The notes under the pieces were generated by a model. It searched no databases. It was not told the origin of the DNA and worked only from the letters and a program-made list of their open reading frames with translations. Shown piece by piece: positions 10,775 to 22,188 of a stretch of 64,000 bases of DNA; position 1 is the stretch's first letter, and every line of letters begins with the position of its first letter. Source of the stretch: TPA_inf: Saccharomyces (Eukaryota). The stretch is from contig BK006946.2 in the NCBI GenBank assembly GCA_000146045.2, positions 192,001 to 256,000 on the forward strand, in the 5' to 3' direction. The translations under genes and the position numbers were made by a program.

Positions 10775-12103
10775 TCAGACCTGCTGGGATGAACGACTAA
10801 CGTTTTGAGCAATCATATCAAGCTCATACTCTTGATTTGTTAGGTCGACACTAATAGAATATGGTGCGATTTTCTTGCTTCCTAACTGTTCGAAGTCTTG
10901 AAATCCCTTTAACTCGTTACGATTATCTTGTGTCGAAACTGAATGATATTTTTGTAATAGATCTTGCTTATATCTGAAGTAATTATAATAGCATACATCT
11001 GCCATAATAATAAGCATTCCTAACCAATTGTAAAAACCACTTAATCTTTCAGAAAGAATAATTATACCAAATATTACCGTCAAAAGTTCCTTCACTATAC
11101 CCACAATAGATACGGTCAGCACGGGCGTTTGCTCCAAAATACTAAACTCACAAATTGTCAACAAAAAGACTGCAAAACCAGGTAAAATTAACAAAACAAT
11201 ACCCCTCACAATGGATAGGACGGTAGTTTCCGTGCCGACACCGCCATTGCTCGTATCAAGCCTAAATATGCTAGAGCTGAATATACCAGGAAATGGTTTT
11301 TCCACAAGTAGCGAGGTAAGCAACAGAGTAATGCCCATTATAGGAGCTAACTGGTGGATTGTATGAATTGGGTGAGGCTTGGATTCTCCAAAATTCTCCA
11401 GCATTTTGTTATTGGCGAGGTTAACAACAGGTTCATTATCGACATTATCTTCATTTTCCGTGAAAAGGGCACCATCAGATTCCTCTACTGCTGCAGCGGT
11501 GTTAGTTTGAATTGGGTTGTTCCTAAGCATCAACTGCGTATAAACCCACCTTAACCCAGAAAGACAGCTACTTGCTAGGACAAGAAAGCTGCCAAAAATG
11601 ACCAAGGCTTGGTCGTTTTTGGTACTGGTGGAATCGCTTGGTTTGAAAACCATTAATGCTACACCAACAAACATAATTATTACTGAAAGTGCCAACTTCC
11701 AATGAAACTTTTCTAGCTTGAAGATACAGCCGAATAAAAGGACAAAAGCTATGCTCGAAGATTTGATAATTGTATAAATTGTCAAGGGAACATACTGGAA
11801 GGAAACGTTACTGAGCCCGATATCACCTGCAGAAGCGACTGCCGTAGGGAGTAAAAATTTTAGAAAAAAACTCCAGTTAAAACCATTATTCTTTCTTAAA
11901 ACGTTTTTCACTGGCTTATGCCTGAGCTTAATGTATATGCCGGATAGTAACCATAAAGTAGCCTGATGGAATGTTGTCACCAACACGGGATACCCAATAC
12001 CCAATCCGTCCTTCGGATCGAACATCCATCTATTGTATATGGAGAGAGCTATTGAACAGAAATACCATCCAAATACAAATGCCAAAAAGACAGTCCTATT
12101 CAT
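10775..12103 (-). CDS. YMD8: Putative nucleotide-sugar / triose-phosphate-transporter-family membrane protein, 442 aa
   Basis: The ORF-track ORF starts at TTG (12157); the in-frame ATG is at 12103 (MNRTVFLAF...). It is a multi-pass hydrophobic protein. The length and position match YML038C. Confidence 0.8.
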   Translation of the reverse strand: MNRTVFLAFVFGWYFCSIALSIYNRWMFDPKDGLGIGYPVLVTTFHQATLWLLSGIYIKLRHKPVKNVLRKNNGFNWSFFLKFLLPTAVASAGDIGLSNVSFQYVPLTIYTIIKSSSIAFVLLFGCIFKLEKFHWKLALSVIIMFVGVALMVFKPSDSTSTKNDQALVIFGSFLVLASSCLSGLRWVYTQLMLRNNPIQTNTAAAVEESDGALFTENEDNVDNEPVVNLANNKMLENFGESKPHPIHTIHQLAPIMGITLLLTSLLVEKPFPGIFSSSIFRLDTSNGGVGTETTVLSIVRGIVLLILPGFAVFLLTICEFSILEQTPVLTVSIVGIVKELLTVIFGIIILSERLSGFYNWLGMLIIMADVCYYNYFRYKQDLLQKYHSVSTQDNRNELKGFQDFEQLGSKKIAPYSISVDLTNQEYELDMIAQNVSRSSQQV

Positions 12104-12385
12104 AGCAAAATGTGACACGAGAATTGAAGGTATAAACACTCGCTGTAACAACTTCAAGTGATCGTGGAAGTGATGAAAATGCAGTTATGAGTATAATCAG
12201 GCCAATTGACACTTTAAAAAAACAGAACAACAGCTTCTCGTGATGCCACTATCCCTTATATTTCCAGTTCTAAGCCATCTCCTTCTCATTCTCGACAAAA
12301 AAAATGGGTGTGATTATTTTGCGCTTTATTTTTTGGCGTCTCGTCGCCGATGACTCTAATAGATGTTGAAGCCTACAAGCATCTA

Positions 12386-13408
12386 TTATATTTTCTTCTT
12401 TGGTTGTAATGGGATGAATGAATCTAGAGTTAATGAAGGAGTGCTGGCAATGCTGGGCTCGCTGGATGGATGATAACTAGATTGTGCAGGTACCTGTTCA
12501 AATCCATCACCATCATCATGTTCACTGCATCCAGTGTTAGTAACTGCGGGCTCGTGTACTTTGGGTTCAGCTTGTTGATCACTCATACTCTCTTGCTTTG
12601 ATTGGATGGTATTTTTATCACTGAAAGTTGTATCATCGTCAGGTGATAGGCCAGATTTTTGGCTTACCTCATCCTGAATTTCATTTTTGGCCTCTATAGG
12701 CTTTTCGGATTTCTTTTTTGAACCTGATTTAGAACCAGAATGGCCCCAAAATCCAAAAAAACTCTTCCTTTTCGACTTATTTTTCTTTGTCTTATCACCG
12801 TCTGATTTCTTCTTTTCTTTGGGCAATTCCTTAACAACGAATTTCTGTAGCGGGTCCACTTTGAAATCGGAATTAGCCCACGTAGAAGGTTTCTTGCCAT
12901 CAGCTGTATGTGCCTCATTTCTCTCAAATCTTTCTTCCACCATCCAACTTTTGCTATTGGGCTTTATACACTTATCAATCTCAGCAGAAGCTCTATCAAA
13001 TAACTGACTGGTAGTAGTAATTTTGGGCTTGTTGCTTCCTCTGCTCGGAGAGCCCTGCTTGAAGGTTGTATTTATAGTTTCTTGATGAGAAGTAGGTGCT
13101 ACATTATGACTCCAGGAAAATAGAACTGGCCCATCCAGCTGTAAAGCGCCAGAATTCATAGTTATGGTTTTTTCCTCATCAATCCAATCTCTTTGTATTT
13201 GCCGACATTTCCCATCAAGTTTGTCGGTACTCAATTTATTCCCCATTTGCATAGGTGAATGAAACAAACAGTTCATCAACCGCCTACCGTTCGCTACTTC
13301 ATCTAATAACCCATATAACGACACATCTCCATTTTTGGCTTGCTCGGAGTCATCTTGCGGTGTGTATTCCTTACTGAACAACTGGTCGATTATTTTGTTT
13401 TCGTCCAT
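12386..13408 (-). CDS. YML037C: Uncharacterized protein YML037C, 340 aa (K/S-rich, acidic C-terminal half)
   Basis: The ORF track starts at TTG (13450); the first in-frame ATG is at 13408 (MDENKIIDQ...). The length matches the systematic ORF expected between YMD8 and CGI121. Confidence 0.7.
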   Translation of the reverse strand: MDENKIIDQLFSKEYTPQDDSEQAKNGDVSLYGLLDEVANGRRLMNCLFHSPMQMGNKLSTDKLDGKCRQIQRDWIDEEKTITMNSGALQLDGPVLFSWSHNVAPTSHQETINTTFKQGSPSRGSNKPKITTTSQLFDRASAEIDKCIKPNSKSWMVEERFERNEAHTADGKKPSTWANSDFKVDPLQKFVVKELPKEKKKSDGDKTKKNKSKRKSFFGFWGHSGSKSGSKKKSEKPIEAKNEIQDEVSQKSGLSPDDDTTFSDKNTIQSKQESMSDQQAEPKVHEPAVTNTGCSEHDDGDGFEQVPAQSSYHPSSEPSIASTPSLTLDSFIPLQPKKKI

Positions 13409-13641
13409 AATTTGTCCTTCCCAAAAAATAACCAGCTTAGATTCTGACAATGCTTGTTTCTTTAATTGATGATCTGTAATATTCGTTGATCATTAATACC
13501 ATTGATTTCAATATTTCATGTTTAATCTTTTGCGCGAAAATTTCAATTGCAAACCAAAATATACATCAACAATCTTTTATCGGTCAACAAATTTGTCGAT
13601 ATAACCAAATATACGTCGTCGCTGCCCATTATACAATCATC

Positions 13642-14293
13642 ATGGTAGTATCCATCATACCGCAATTTCCTGATATCAAGGTTTCACTAGCATTGTTTGA
13701 ACAGGTTAAAAATGCTAAAGAAATACGCTCTAAAATGAGTGAATTGTCGACATCCTTTGCCTTTATTGACCCCCGGTTAGTCTGTTCGGGGGAGCAGATG
13801 TATTCTGCAATTTACAAGACCTTAATAGAAGTGAAATATAACAAGATGAGAACAAGAAATTTGAATTCCGAGTGCGTACTATGTCTTTCACCCACTTCCA
13901 ATATTAGTGATGCTTTCCTCAAATTCGGAATCAAAGACGATTCGTCACAGTTAATATGCCTTAAGTTCCATACTAATACTGACGATGTAGACAAAGAGCA
14001 ATTGAGGACGATTATGACTTCTATAGTAAAAGGACAAGAGATCGAGTTTAATGATGACAATTTATCGAGATTTTATGACGAAGCGCTCATAAGAAAAGTA
14101 TGTTTTAATAATAAATTCGAGGTAAAAACTTCAACAGCCTCACCAGAAACACATTGTACTAACTTCACCTTTGTTTTCCTTTTATTTTGTTTTTACCTAT
14201 TAGATCTATAAATTAAGTGATGATTTCAAGCCCCAAGACGTAAATGGTCTCTCAAGAGCTTTGGTAGACGCTATTCAATTGAGGGGTGTGTAG
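13642..14293 (+). CDS. CGI121: KEOPS/EKC complex subunit, 181 aa; spliced: join(13642..14097,14204..14293)
   Basis: ATG at 13642. The 5' splice site GTATGT is at 14098, the branch point TACTAAC at 14157..14163, and the 3' splice site TAG at 14201..14203. Exon 2 encodes IYKLSDDFKPQDVNGLSRALVDAIQLRGV*. The ORF-track ORF 13486..14211 is an unspliced read-through artefact. Confidence 0.88.
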
Positions 14294-14427
14294 ATAAGAG
14301 ATATCTAACGATAAAATTATAAAAAAAATTCTTTGATTATTTTTCAGATTAGTATTATTTGTTCTCCGTGAAGTCAGTGTATCGAACTGCCAAAAGTTCT
14401 CCTTATATACATGTGCGCGTATAACCA

Positions 14428-16860
14428 TCACTTTTCTTCAATGGTTCTCTTGAAATTGGCAAAATGATTAACTAATTCCAGTTCAGTTGATAATGTATCG
14501 TATCTGTAGTTAATTCTAATATCAGGAACATTTGTTCTAACCACATCGTTACCTTCAACACCACTCTTGTCAAAATCTTTCCCTATCCAATGTTTTTTGA
14601 TTTGTGCTTCCCACCCACTTTGCAACACGGAATTTCTTGCCAATTCACACATATCTACATTAGACAATTTATAAATTTGTGCTGCAACTGAGTATTCTTC
14701 GATTAATGGTTCTCTGGTATATGAGAATTGTAAAGGATCATCTGTGGATAGTGAGACATTCAAACCTCTTTTAAAGTATCTCGGAAATGGGTTTTTATCA
14801 TAGGTCAAAAATAATGCGTTATTAGAAAGGGGTGACATTGCGATACCAACCTGATCTAAATAGTATAAGTATTGAACAAATGGAACTTTCCTCAATAAAA
14901 TACCATGTGATATACCATGTGCCAATAGATATGCTGAAACGAGATGCTCGGGGTCACCGGCTTCACCACAATGTGGTCTCAAAACCAAAGTGTTAAACCC
15001 TCTCTTAGCCCTCCATTGATTCAAAGACGCGACATTTGAATACAAATAGTACAGGTAATAGGAATAAGGAGGGTTTTGAGGAGCCTCCCAGAGTGATGGC
15101 TTGGGATATTTCCTATGAAAGCGGCGATCAACCTTGGATTCATCATCGACAGAATCAAACCCAATTACTCTCTGTAAAAATACATGCAATTTTGGATGAG
15201 ACTGAGGATTTTTGGTCACTTCAAATAGTGGCTGAAACAGATTCTTACAGATGTCCTGGAAGCTTTGAACAATGCCAGTTTTCTTGTAAATATCATATAA
15301 CCTCGGAATTTGGACTAACCAACGAACATTATGGGAAATAACTTTGTTGTCAATCACCCAGCTAGCTAGTTTATCCCATTCATCGAGAGACCTGCCATAA
15401 ACAGAAATTCTATACTCACAGTTTTGGTATTTTGAATTCTCTAAATCGAATATGACTTGTTTGGTAATGTCAGCCAAGTAGGTACCCTTGATGTAGTTGT
15501 TTGTCTTCAAAAAAATTTCTCTGAGACGAGATTCACCGATAGGGTTATATTTTAAGTTGAATTTATCGAATCTGTGGAATGTATCCTTATGTGCATGCAT
15601 ATCTAAAGTATCGATGGATAAATCATATCCAGTCAAATGCAAAGAACGGAATACTTCGTCTAAAGTTAGTAGTTTCCCGTCCCTGAAAATAACCTTTTCA
15701 TCTTTGGAATGTCTCAATTTGTGTTTAATGAAACGTAATAAGTGCTTTTGGTTCATACAAGCAGAATGGTGAACGTGAGTGTCCACTTTCCTAACATTAT
15801 AAAAATCCCTGTGTGGGTTTCTTTTGGAAACGCTAGTTTCTTGATATTCGTTCAAGAGATAGTAAAGATTCCAGCGTGCTTCTAGGTATTGCAGCCTTCT
15901 ATAAGCAAATGATTTAGCGGGACCGTCTGATGAGATGGAAATCATTTTTTCTAGATCCAGATAGTAGTCACGAAGGGTAGGGATTTGAGCAATTAACTCA
16001 TCCGTCTTACCTGATCTGTGTACCACGTACGAGTCGTCATCGTTGAGGGTAAATTCCCAATCTGGATCCTCACCAGGAATTTCACATTTCGTAAAATCGA
16101 AAACTTCCGCATCCGGCTTGTTTGTTACTGGCACAACAGTCTTAGTGTCTGAGTTGTATGAAGGTTTAGGTGGTGGTGGATAGACTACCCAGCCTGGCTT
16201 ATTTTTTGGGTTTTGATCATCGTTTTGCACAGATATGGTCTGATATTTGGCTCTCAAATTTCTACACTCTGCCACTTTGGAATACAAGTCAATCAACTCG
16301 GAAGAGGGATCATCAAGAAACTGCTGTGAAGCATCATCAGCCAACATTCCCATTTTATAGGAGGCAGAGGTACGTACCTGCTTATTCACTACCGGAGCGC
16401 CGGCAAATGACTTGAGCGTCTCTGGCAAGATATGCTGAGCACTAGCAGACAAGGTCCTCGGTTTACCCCCGGAATTTTGAGATGCATGGTCTGCCGAGTC
16501 ATGGCCCTTATTCATCGCTGCTATGTTGGAAGAGCTACAATTGGTAGAATGCGATGGTTGCTCCAAGATGGCAGAGTGAGAATCATGCTCATCTAGGGCC
16601 AACTGTTTGGTGCCATTTTCCAACAACTGCTGATTCTCGTGATACGAGAAATTAGCATTCCGAGAATCAGCAGCTAAACTTTCGTGTGAATCTTGCTGCT
16701 CTAAGGGGGGTGTCTCATCATCCACTACGACACCAGCTTGTTCATCACCAATCTTTCTTTGATCTATGTCAATGACTAGTCCTGAACCATCTTGTTCATC
16801 GTGTGAAGGAGCTGGTTCTAGAGAAAGGTCGTTAAGCCTCTGTGTAGCCTGATTGTCCAT
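14428..16860 (-). CDS. AMD1: AMP deaminase, 810 aa
   Basis: ATG at 16860. It carries the conserved AMP-deaminase core (SLSTDDPLQF, HxHxxA metal-site motifs), and the length is exact. Confidence 0.93.
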   Translation of the reverse strand: MDNQATQRLNDLSLEPAPSHDEQDGSGLVIDIDQRKIGDEQAGVVVDDETPPLEQQDSHESLAADSRNANFSYHENQQLLENGTKQLALDEHDSHSAILEQPSHSTNCSSSNIAAMNKGHDSADHASQNSGGKPRTLSASAQHILPETLKSFAGAPVVNKQVRTSASYKMGMLADDASQQFLDDPSSELIDLYSKVAECRNLRAKYQTISVQNDDQNPKNKPGWVVYPPPPKPSYNSDTKTVVPVTNKPDAEVFDFTKCEIPGEDPDWEFTLNDDDSYVVHRSGKTDELIAQIPTLRDYYLDLEKMISISSDGPAKSFAYRRLQYLEARWNLYYLLNEYQETSVSKRNPHRDFYNVRKVDTHVHHSACMNQKHLLRFIKHKLRHSKDEKVIFRDGKLLTLDEVFRSLHLTGYDLSIDTLDMHAHKDTFHRFDKFNLKYNPIGESRLREIFLKTNNYIKGTYLADITKQVIFDLENSKYQNCEYRISVYGRSLDEWDKLASWVIDNKVISHNVRWLVQIPRLYDIYKKTGIVQSFQDICKNLFQPLFEVTKNPQSHPKLHVFLQRVIGFDSVDDESKVDRRFHRKYPKPSLWEAPQNPPYSYYLYYLYSNVASLNQWRAKRGFNTLVLRPHCGEAGDPEHLVSAYLLAHGISHGILLRKVPFVQYLYYLDQVGIAMSPLSNNALFLTYDKNPFPRYFKRGLNVSLSTDDPLQFSYTREPLIEEYSVAAQIYKLSNVDMCELARNSVLQSGWEAQIKKHWIGKDFDKSGVEGNDVVRTNVPDIRINYRYDTLSTELELVNHFANFKRTIEEK

Positions 16861-17524
16861 AATTTTTTTTAGAATGCCCCCTTTTTATTTGTTATATAAT
16901 TTATTAATCTGGCGTACTAGCAGTTCAATCGAGTTTTGCTGAATCAAAATTGGCTATAGCAGGGAGACTATAATAAAAATACTATTAATATCCGATAATT
17001 GACTAGTATACGAGAAACGCTGCTAATTCTGCCTGTAGAGAGAGAGAAGAAAAGTCGTCAAGAGATGCCTTTTTTTTTTTTTTAAAATTTATCTATTTTT
17101 TGATAATATCCTTTAAACCTTGTGCTACTAGAACTCCTTTCTCATCATCGCCAGGCGCAAAAAAAAGATGAAAAAGGAATGAAAAAAGAAAAGAGAAGAC
17201 CCCCACGTGCCCTAAAAATAAAGTTAGGGCATCTATAAAATAACTAGGATATATATATTGATCACCCTGAACGGAAATCAAGGGTTTTAAAGAGCCCTCA
17301 AAATTACTGTTTTAGGAAGCCCCCTTTGTTTTTGTTTTGGTTTCAATTTGTGGTGGCTAATCTGGACATCGATCTACTTGTATAGCTGTCAATATACTAT
17401 GCGGAATACATGGAAGAGAAATAGTCCTCAGTCATTATTAATAGTAGACTGAGACCATACGGAGTGAACGTAGAGGCCAGAACAACAAACAGTAGAACGG
17501 TAGCAGTACTCAGTTAGTGCCGCG

Positions 17525-17870
17525 ATGAATAGTGACTTGGAGTATTTAGAGGACGGTTTTGATCCGAATTCAATGAAAGTTGCGACTTTGAGGAGGATAT
17601 TGGTAGAAAATAATGTCGATTTCCCATCTAATGCTAGGAAAAATGCGCTGGTGGGGCTGTTCGATGAAAAGGTTAAACCGCAGATCCCGCAGTTACGGAA
17701 AATGTATCTGAACGTTCGGCCCAGCGATGAAGGTATTGTGAAAATGGACCGTCCCTCATCTTCCCCATCTATAGCTTCCCCTCGTAGAAGTAGACGAGCT
17801 CGCAGGGAGAAATCTGCTTCCCCCATGGCCAAACAGTTTAAGAAGAATAGAATACTGGATGATGTAAGTA

Positions 17871-17904
<34 letters not shown>

Positions 17905-20155
17905 CAATGATAAAAAAGACGATCCTTTAATTGTACCTAGTGGAACGGATACCGATGAAGTGGACGATGAAGAGGATGATGTGATAACATCAAGCTCCAA
18001 CAAATCAGACACCAATGATTTCCAGCAAAATTCCGATACTCGTAAGAAAAGGAAAGACCCTGATTCTGACGACTGGTCTGAATCTAATTCAAAGGAAAAT
18101 AAAATCGATAATAAGCATTTGAACCTCCTATCATCAGATTCAGAAATTGAACAGGATTACCAGAAGGCAAAAAAGCGTAAGACGAGTGATTTGAACCAAG
18201 AGCATGGAAATGGCTCTGCCATTTTAGGAAAACTTTCCGTCAAAACACCAATAAAGAACACAAATAGAAAGCCAGTAAGCATGGATAATTTTAACGATTC
18301 GTTGACTTCAAGCGGTACGGAAAATGATCCATTTGTACCGAACATACGACACAATCCAAAAGAGCTCGGAACTGCCAATGGAACAGGCCATAGCACACCC
18401 TTGAGTAAGTTAAAAGTTTCTGCCTCATTTGCGGATAAATTGCCTCAAAAGGAGGTACCATCTACAATACTGGTTCCAGAAGTGGAACAGCAAGAACCTT
18501 CTCAGAGTGAAAGAACACCGTCTTTGTTTTCGTCCGAAGGCTCTGGCTCAGAGTCGGAAGCACCCTTGCTTCCAGAGATCACCACGCCAGGTCCTCATCA
18601 GCCTATGGGTAATACCAGCAATAATGTGGTCGAAATGATAGATACAGATAGTAGTAACTTGGTATCGGATGAAGATGAAGTTTTAGTGCCTACAAGGATC
18701 GAGACTCCCCAATTACCCACAGAGAAAGACGTCGAAAAGTGTGAAGCAAGAGTGCAAGAACTTCAAGAGGAAGTAAATGAGCAATTAGAGCATGAAAATG
18801 GGAGTGAATTTGATGTTAAGCAAGGATCTGGGAAGGTCGGGAACAGGCATAAGTTCAAAAGAGCACTCAAATTTTTGAGCAAATCATTACTGGCGCTATT
18901 TTTATTTTGCATATTCATTGTTATTCCTCTCTTATTTGGCCTCTGGTATAGAGAGCAAAGACTGCTCATAGGTTACTGTGGGCATGAAGTACCATCCCAT
19001 CGAGTTAGTGGCAATTCCTTCGAGTTTATTCAAAAACTGGATAATTTGTTGCAGGACTACAGACCGAAATGTATCCCTTGTCCACCCAATGGTATTTGTT
19101 ATCCTTATTTGAAACTTAAATGTAAGCCAGATTACAAGTTAGCACCATCTAGACTTGACTTTTTGGAAATTATTCCTGCACAAGGCAAATGTGTTAAAGA
19201 CGACAAAAAACAGCAGTTAGTTTCCGAAGTGGTTGAAAAATCTTTAGAGTTTCTGAGAGCCAAAAATGCACAAATTTCATGCGGTGACGGAAAAGACGAC
19301 ATCGAGAGTGGTATGACGGAAGATGCCCTCTATCAAATATTTAATGAGGCTAGAGCTCCTTGGATTCGCGACGATGAATTTGAGGACCTGTGGATCCAAG
19401 TTATCAAAGATTTAACTGAAGAACCAGAAATATTATGGAGGCAAGTGAGTACAATTTATTATCTTACAAAAATTATTAAACCTGTTATTATATGATAACA
19501 GTTTTAATTTTTTTTGAATTTTTTTTTGTTTTTGATTTATTTACTAACATCTTTTCCTAATTTTCTCTAGTTATCACCCACTGACAACAACATTGGCGGA
19601 AATTCCAACAACATCATTAAAACCAATGACGTTCCGAGACAGAAGAGACATCTTCCAGAAAAATTCATCTCCAAGACGAGGAATTTTCGGTCGACGTCCA
19701 AGAAATACATTGGAATGAAGTGTCGATTTGAAAGAGAAATCTACCAAACGTATAAAAAATTTCAAAGGCCAATATGGCTAATGTTTTTACTGATAGTCAT
19801 TAGTAAAGTAATCGAGATCAAGCTGAAGAATTATTATAGAAAGAAGGCAAGAATTGAAGAACTCGTTACTCAAACCATGGAAAAATTGAAATTCCAAAAG
19901 ATTAAATCAATGTCCGATCCGAAAGAAAACGCGTATTTGAGCATAGTTCAATTGCGTGACATCTTTCTTTCTGATATTGTCGATCTGAAATACAAAAATC
20001 AATTATGGTCAGAAGTGGTAAAATATTTAGAGCATAATAACAGTAATATTAAATCGAACTTAACTGAAATTCGAGGTGAAATAATGAAATGTTGGGAATG
20101 GATAGGTCCGATGGAACTCAATGAACCTAAGGATTCCGCTGAAAACAAAATATAA
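17525..20155 (+). CDS. SRC1: Inner-nuclear-membrane HEH/LEM-domain protein; long form 834 aa = join(17525..19444,19571..20155); short form 687 aa = join(17525..19440,19571..19718)
   Basis: It has an N-terminal HeH/LEM fold ([33 protein letters not shown]). The intron offers overlapping alternative 5' splice sites, GCAAGT at 19441 and GTGAGT at 19445. The branch point TACTAAC is at 19542..19548 and the 3' splice site CTAG ends at 19570. The two splice choices give different frames and C-termini. The ORF-track pieces 17525..19495 and 19715..20155 are the two exons. Confidence 0.88.
17870..17906 (+). repeat. (GAT)12 trinucleotide repeat encoding poly-Asp in SRC1
   Basis: gatgatgat... encodes [12 protein letters not shown]. 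The antisense strand gives the spurious poly-Ser ORF 17428..18015. Confidence 0.9.
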
Positions 20156-20514
20156 CCCACAAAATGAAACTCAAACGTAGTTTTCTCTTCTCAAACTTAA
20201 TGATCTATTGTTTTTCCGAGTTGCCATATTTGTATAGTTTATTCTATTTATACGGTTATCCTAATATCTGTTATATAATTCTTTATGTAATACTTTTGTA
20301 AAGTTATAATGAATCTAATCCTGAAAATGACTTGTAAAATAATAAGAATTTTTTATTCGATTTAAAGTAAATATTAATACGACACATGGAGGAAAGAAAA
20401 ACTAGACGATATAGGAAGAAATACAAATAAAATCAGAATTGAAAGAGTAACTAGAGGATTTTGGAGTAATAAATAATGATGCAAATTTTTTATTTGTTTC
20501 GGCCAGGAAGCGTT

Positions 20515-21930
20515 TCAAGTAGGCTTGCGTGCATGCAGGGGATTGATCTTTGGTCTTCCAACTTCTCTTCGTGTCGATCTTTGTTGCGGAACGGCTGGCA
20601 CTGCACCATTTCCATTAGGATGTACTACCTTAGAAGGCGGCGCAAACCGTGGAGCAGCTGCAGGCGGAAAAGCTGTAGCGTTCGTTTTAATTGGTGTGGT
20701 TTCACGCGGTACTTGATTCCCAGCCCCTTCTAGCATATGAGGCCCCAGTTCTTTATCATTGTTCTTCATGCTCAATTGTTTTCCCTTTGGTGCAAATTTT
20801 TCATAGACAGAATCCCTCGCGGTGGTCATCGTTTTGTCTTTTAGCACACTCGCTGGAATATGCTTGGACGTAGTCTGATCAACGGTGTGCCTAATGGATT
20901 GTGCCTGGTATTTGGGATCAAAAATGCTCTCTTCACCAATATAACGTTCATTTTGTACGGAAGTTGCAGCCTTAGCTGTAACAAAGGTGATTTGTTCTGC
21001 CTCTGGGTTTGAGCTAGCAGTTGGGCTTTGCTTAGCTACAACGGGATCCTTCTCTGTCGTTAAAACATTACTGTTTGTGTTGCCCATATTTATCAAGTCG
21101 TCGTCTTGAAAATCATCGCTAAACATAAGAGAATCATCGAGAAGGTCATCTTGATCCTGTTTGGAAGCATCGAGAGATTTGAGATCAGTATCTTTATTAC
21201 TGCTGTTTTTACTGTTAGCCTCAGCAGGTGCGGCCATCATTGGGGTACCTCGACTTACTGTATTTTCTATTTTCACCAGGTTCTTCGTCGAGTCGGGATT
21301 GGTATTTGTAACTTTAGTCAATTGCCTTCTTTTATTCGGGTATTGTTGTTGTTCTTGATTTTCATGCAAAGTATTCGTTCTTGAGCTTTCGCTGATTTCA
21401 TCCGTTGGCCTAAACAAATTGTTTTCGTCAAAATCTGGCGGATCGAACTTCACCTTATCGATCTTTGCCAGAAAATCTTTATCGTAAAGACAATTTCCTA
21501 GAGCATTACCAAACCCTCTCAAAGATCTTTTCAAGGCATCCGTAACGGCAGATTTCTTGGCCCTTTCGAAAGCGGCAGGTTTCCGTCTTTCGTTCTCCAC
21601 GGTACCATACCCAATATCTTCCCTATAAGTCCCGCTAGTCAACGTAACACGAACAATTGCAGTACACCCTATGCTAAACTTTCCCTGTCGCTCATCCAAA
21701 AAATCGATAACTACACTTTTTACCTCCGTAGACCAGCCATTATATCCAAAGATTTGATTAGCAAGATTAATTACTCTCCAACCTTCGATGTATGCAATCC
21801 TGCTTGTTCCAAACCCAACTCTCTTGGAGATATACTCAGGTCCTAATTTCTTGTCCAATTTGGTCTGTATGTCCTCGGAATGGTTACCGAAAACGGGCTT
21901 CTTCTCATCCATATCCATAATTTCATTCAT
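20515..21930 (-). CDS. RAD52: Recombination mediator Rad52, 471 aa from ATG 21930 (504 aa if the first ATG at 22029 is used)
   Basis: There are five in-frame Met codons in the first 40 codons (22029, 21990, 21930, 21918, 21912). It has the conserved N-terminal Rad52 DNA-binding/annealing domain (YISKRVGFG...GWSTEV...). I recall the annotated start as MNEIMDMDEKK. Confidence 0.88.
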   Translation of the reverse strand: MNEIMDMDEKKPVFGNHSEDIQTKLDKKLGPEYISKRVGFGTSRIAYIEGWRVINLANQIFGYNGWSTEVKSVVIDFLDERQGKFSIGCTAIVRVTLTSGTYREDIGYGTVENERRKPAAFERAKKSAVTDALKRSLRGFGNALGNCLYDKDFLAKIDKVKFDPPDFDENNLFRPTDEISESSRTNTLHENQEQQQYPNKRRQLTKVTNTNPDSTKNLVKIENTVSRGTPMMAAPAEANSKNSSNKDTDLKSLDASKQDQDDLLDDSLMFSDDFQDDDLINMGNTNSNVLTTEKDPVVAKQSPTASSNPEAEQITFVTAKAATSVQNERYIGEESIFDPKYQAQSIRHTVDQTTSKHIPASVLKDKTMTTARDSVYEKFAPKGKQLSMKNNDKELGPHMLEGAGNQVPRETTPIKTNATAFPPAAAPRFAPPSKVVHPNGNGAVPAVPQQRSTRREVGRPKINPLHARKPT

Positions 21931-22188
21931 CAACAACACACCAAAGCCACCAGAACCTTCAGCAGTTCTTGGCAACCTCCTTGTTTGCATTTGTTGATTC
22001 TCAGTGGCAAAATAGCTTAAAAACGCCATTCGATACCGGTCGCGTAACCCGCCCGCCGCTATATTTTTCGTCTTTTCTTAACAGACTAAAGAATATAATA
22101 ACATCGAGAATCACTAACGGGAAGAGCAGACTCTTTGGCGATGAGTAAGTGTGATTGAGAAGACGAAAGGACATTACAGGGCAAGCAG

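Noticed and set aside
12687-13007. 106-aa plus-strand ORF opposite YML037C, and 82-aa minus ORF 13812..14060 opposite CGI121
   Set aside because: They overlap better-supported genes on the opposite strand, have no ATG start or poor context, and are low-complexity.
17428-18015. 195-aa Ser-rich ORF on the minus strand
   Set aside because: It is antisense to the SRC1 poly-Asp (GAT)n and acidic region. It is low-complexity, has no independent signals, and is an artefact of repeat complementarity.
19715-20155. 146-aa ORF ([11 protein letters not shown]...) that looks like a separate gene
   Set aside because: It is exon 2 of SRC1 in the long-isoform frame, joined by the 19441/19445..19570 intron.
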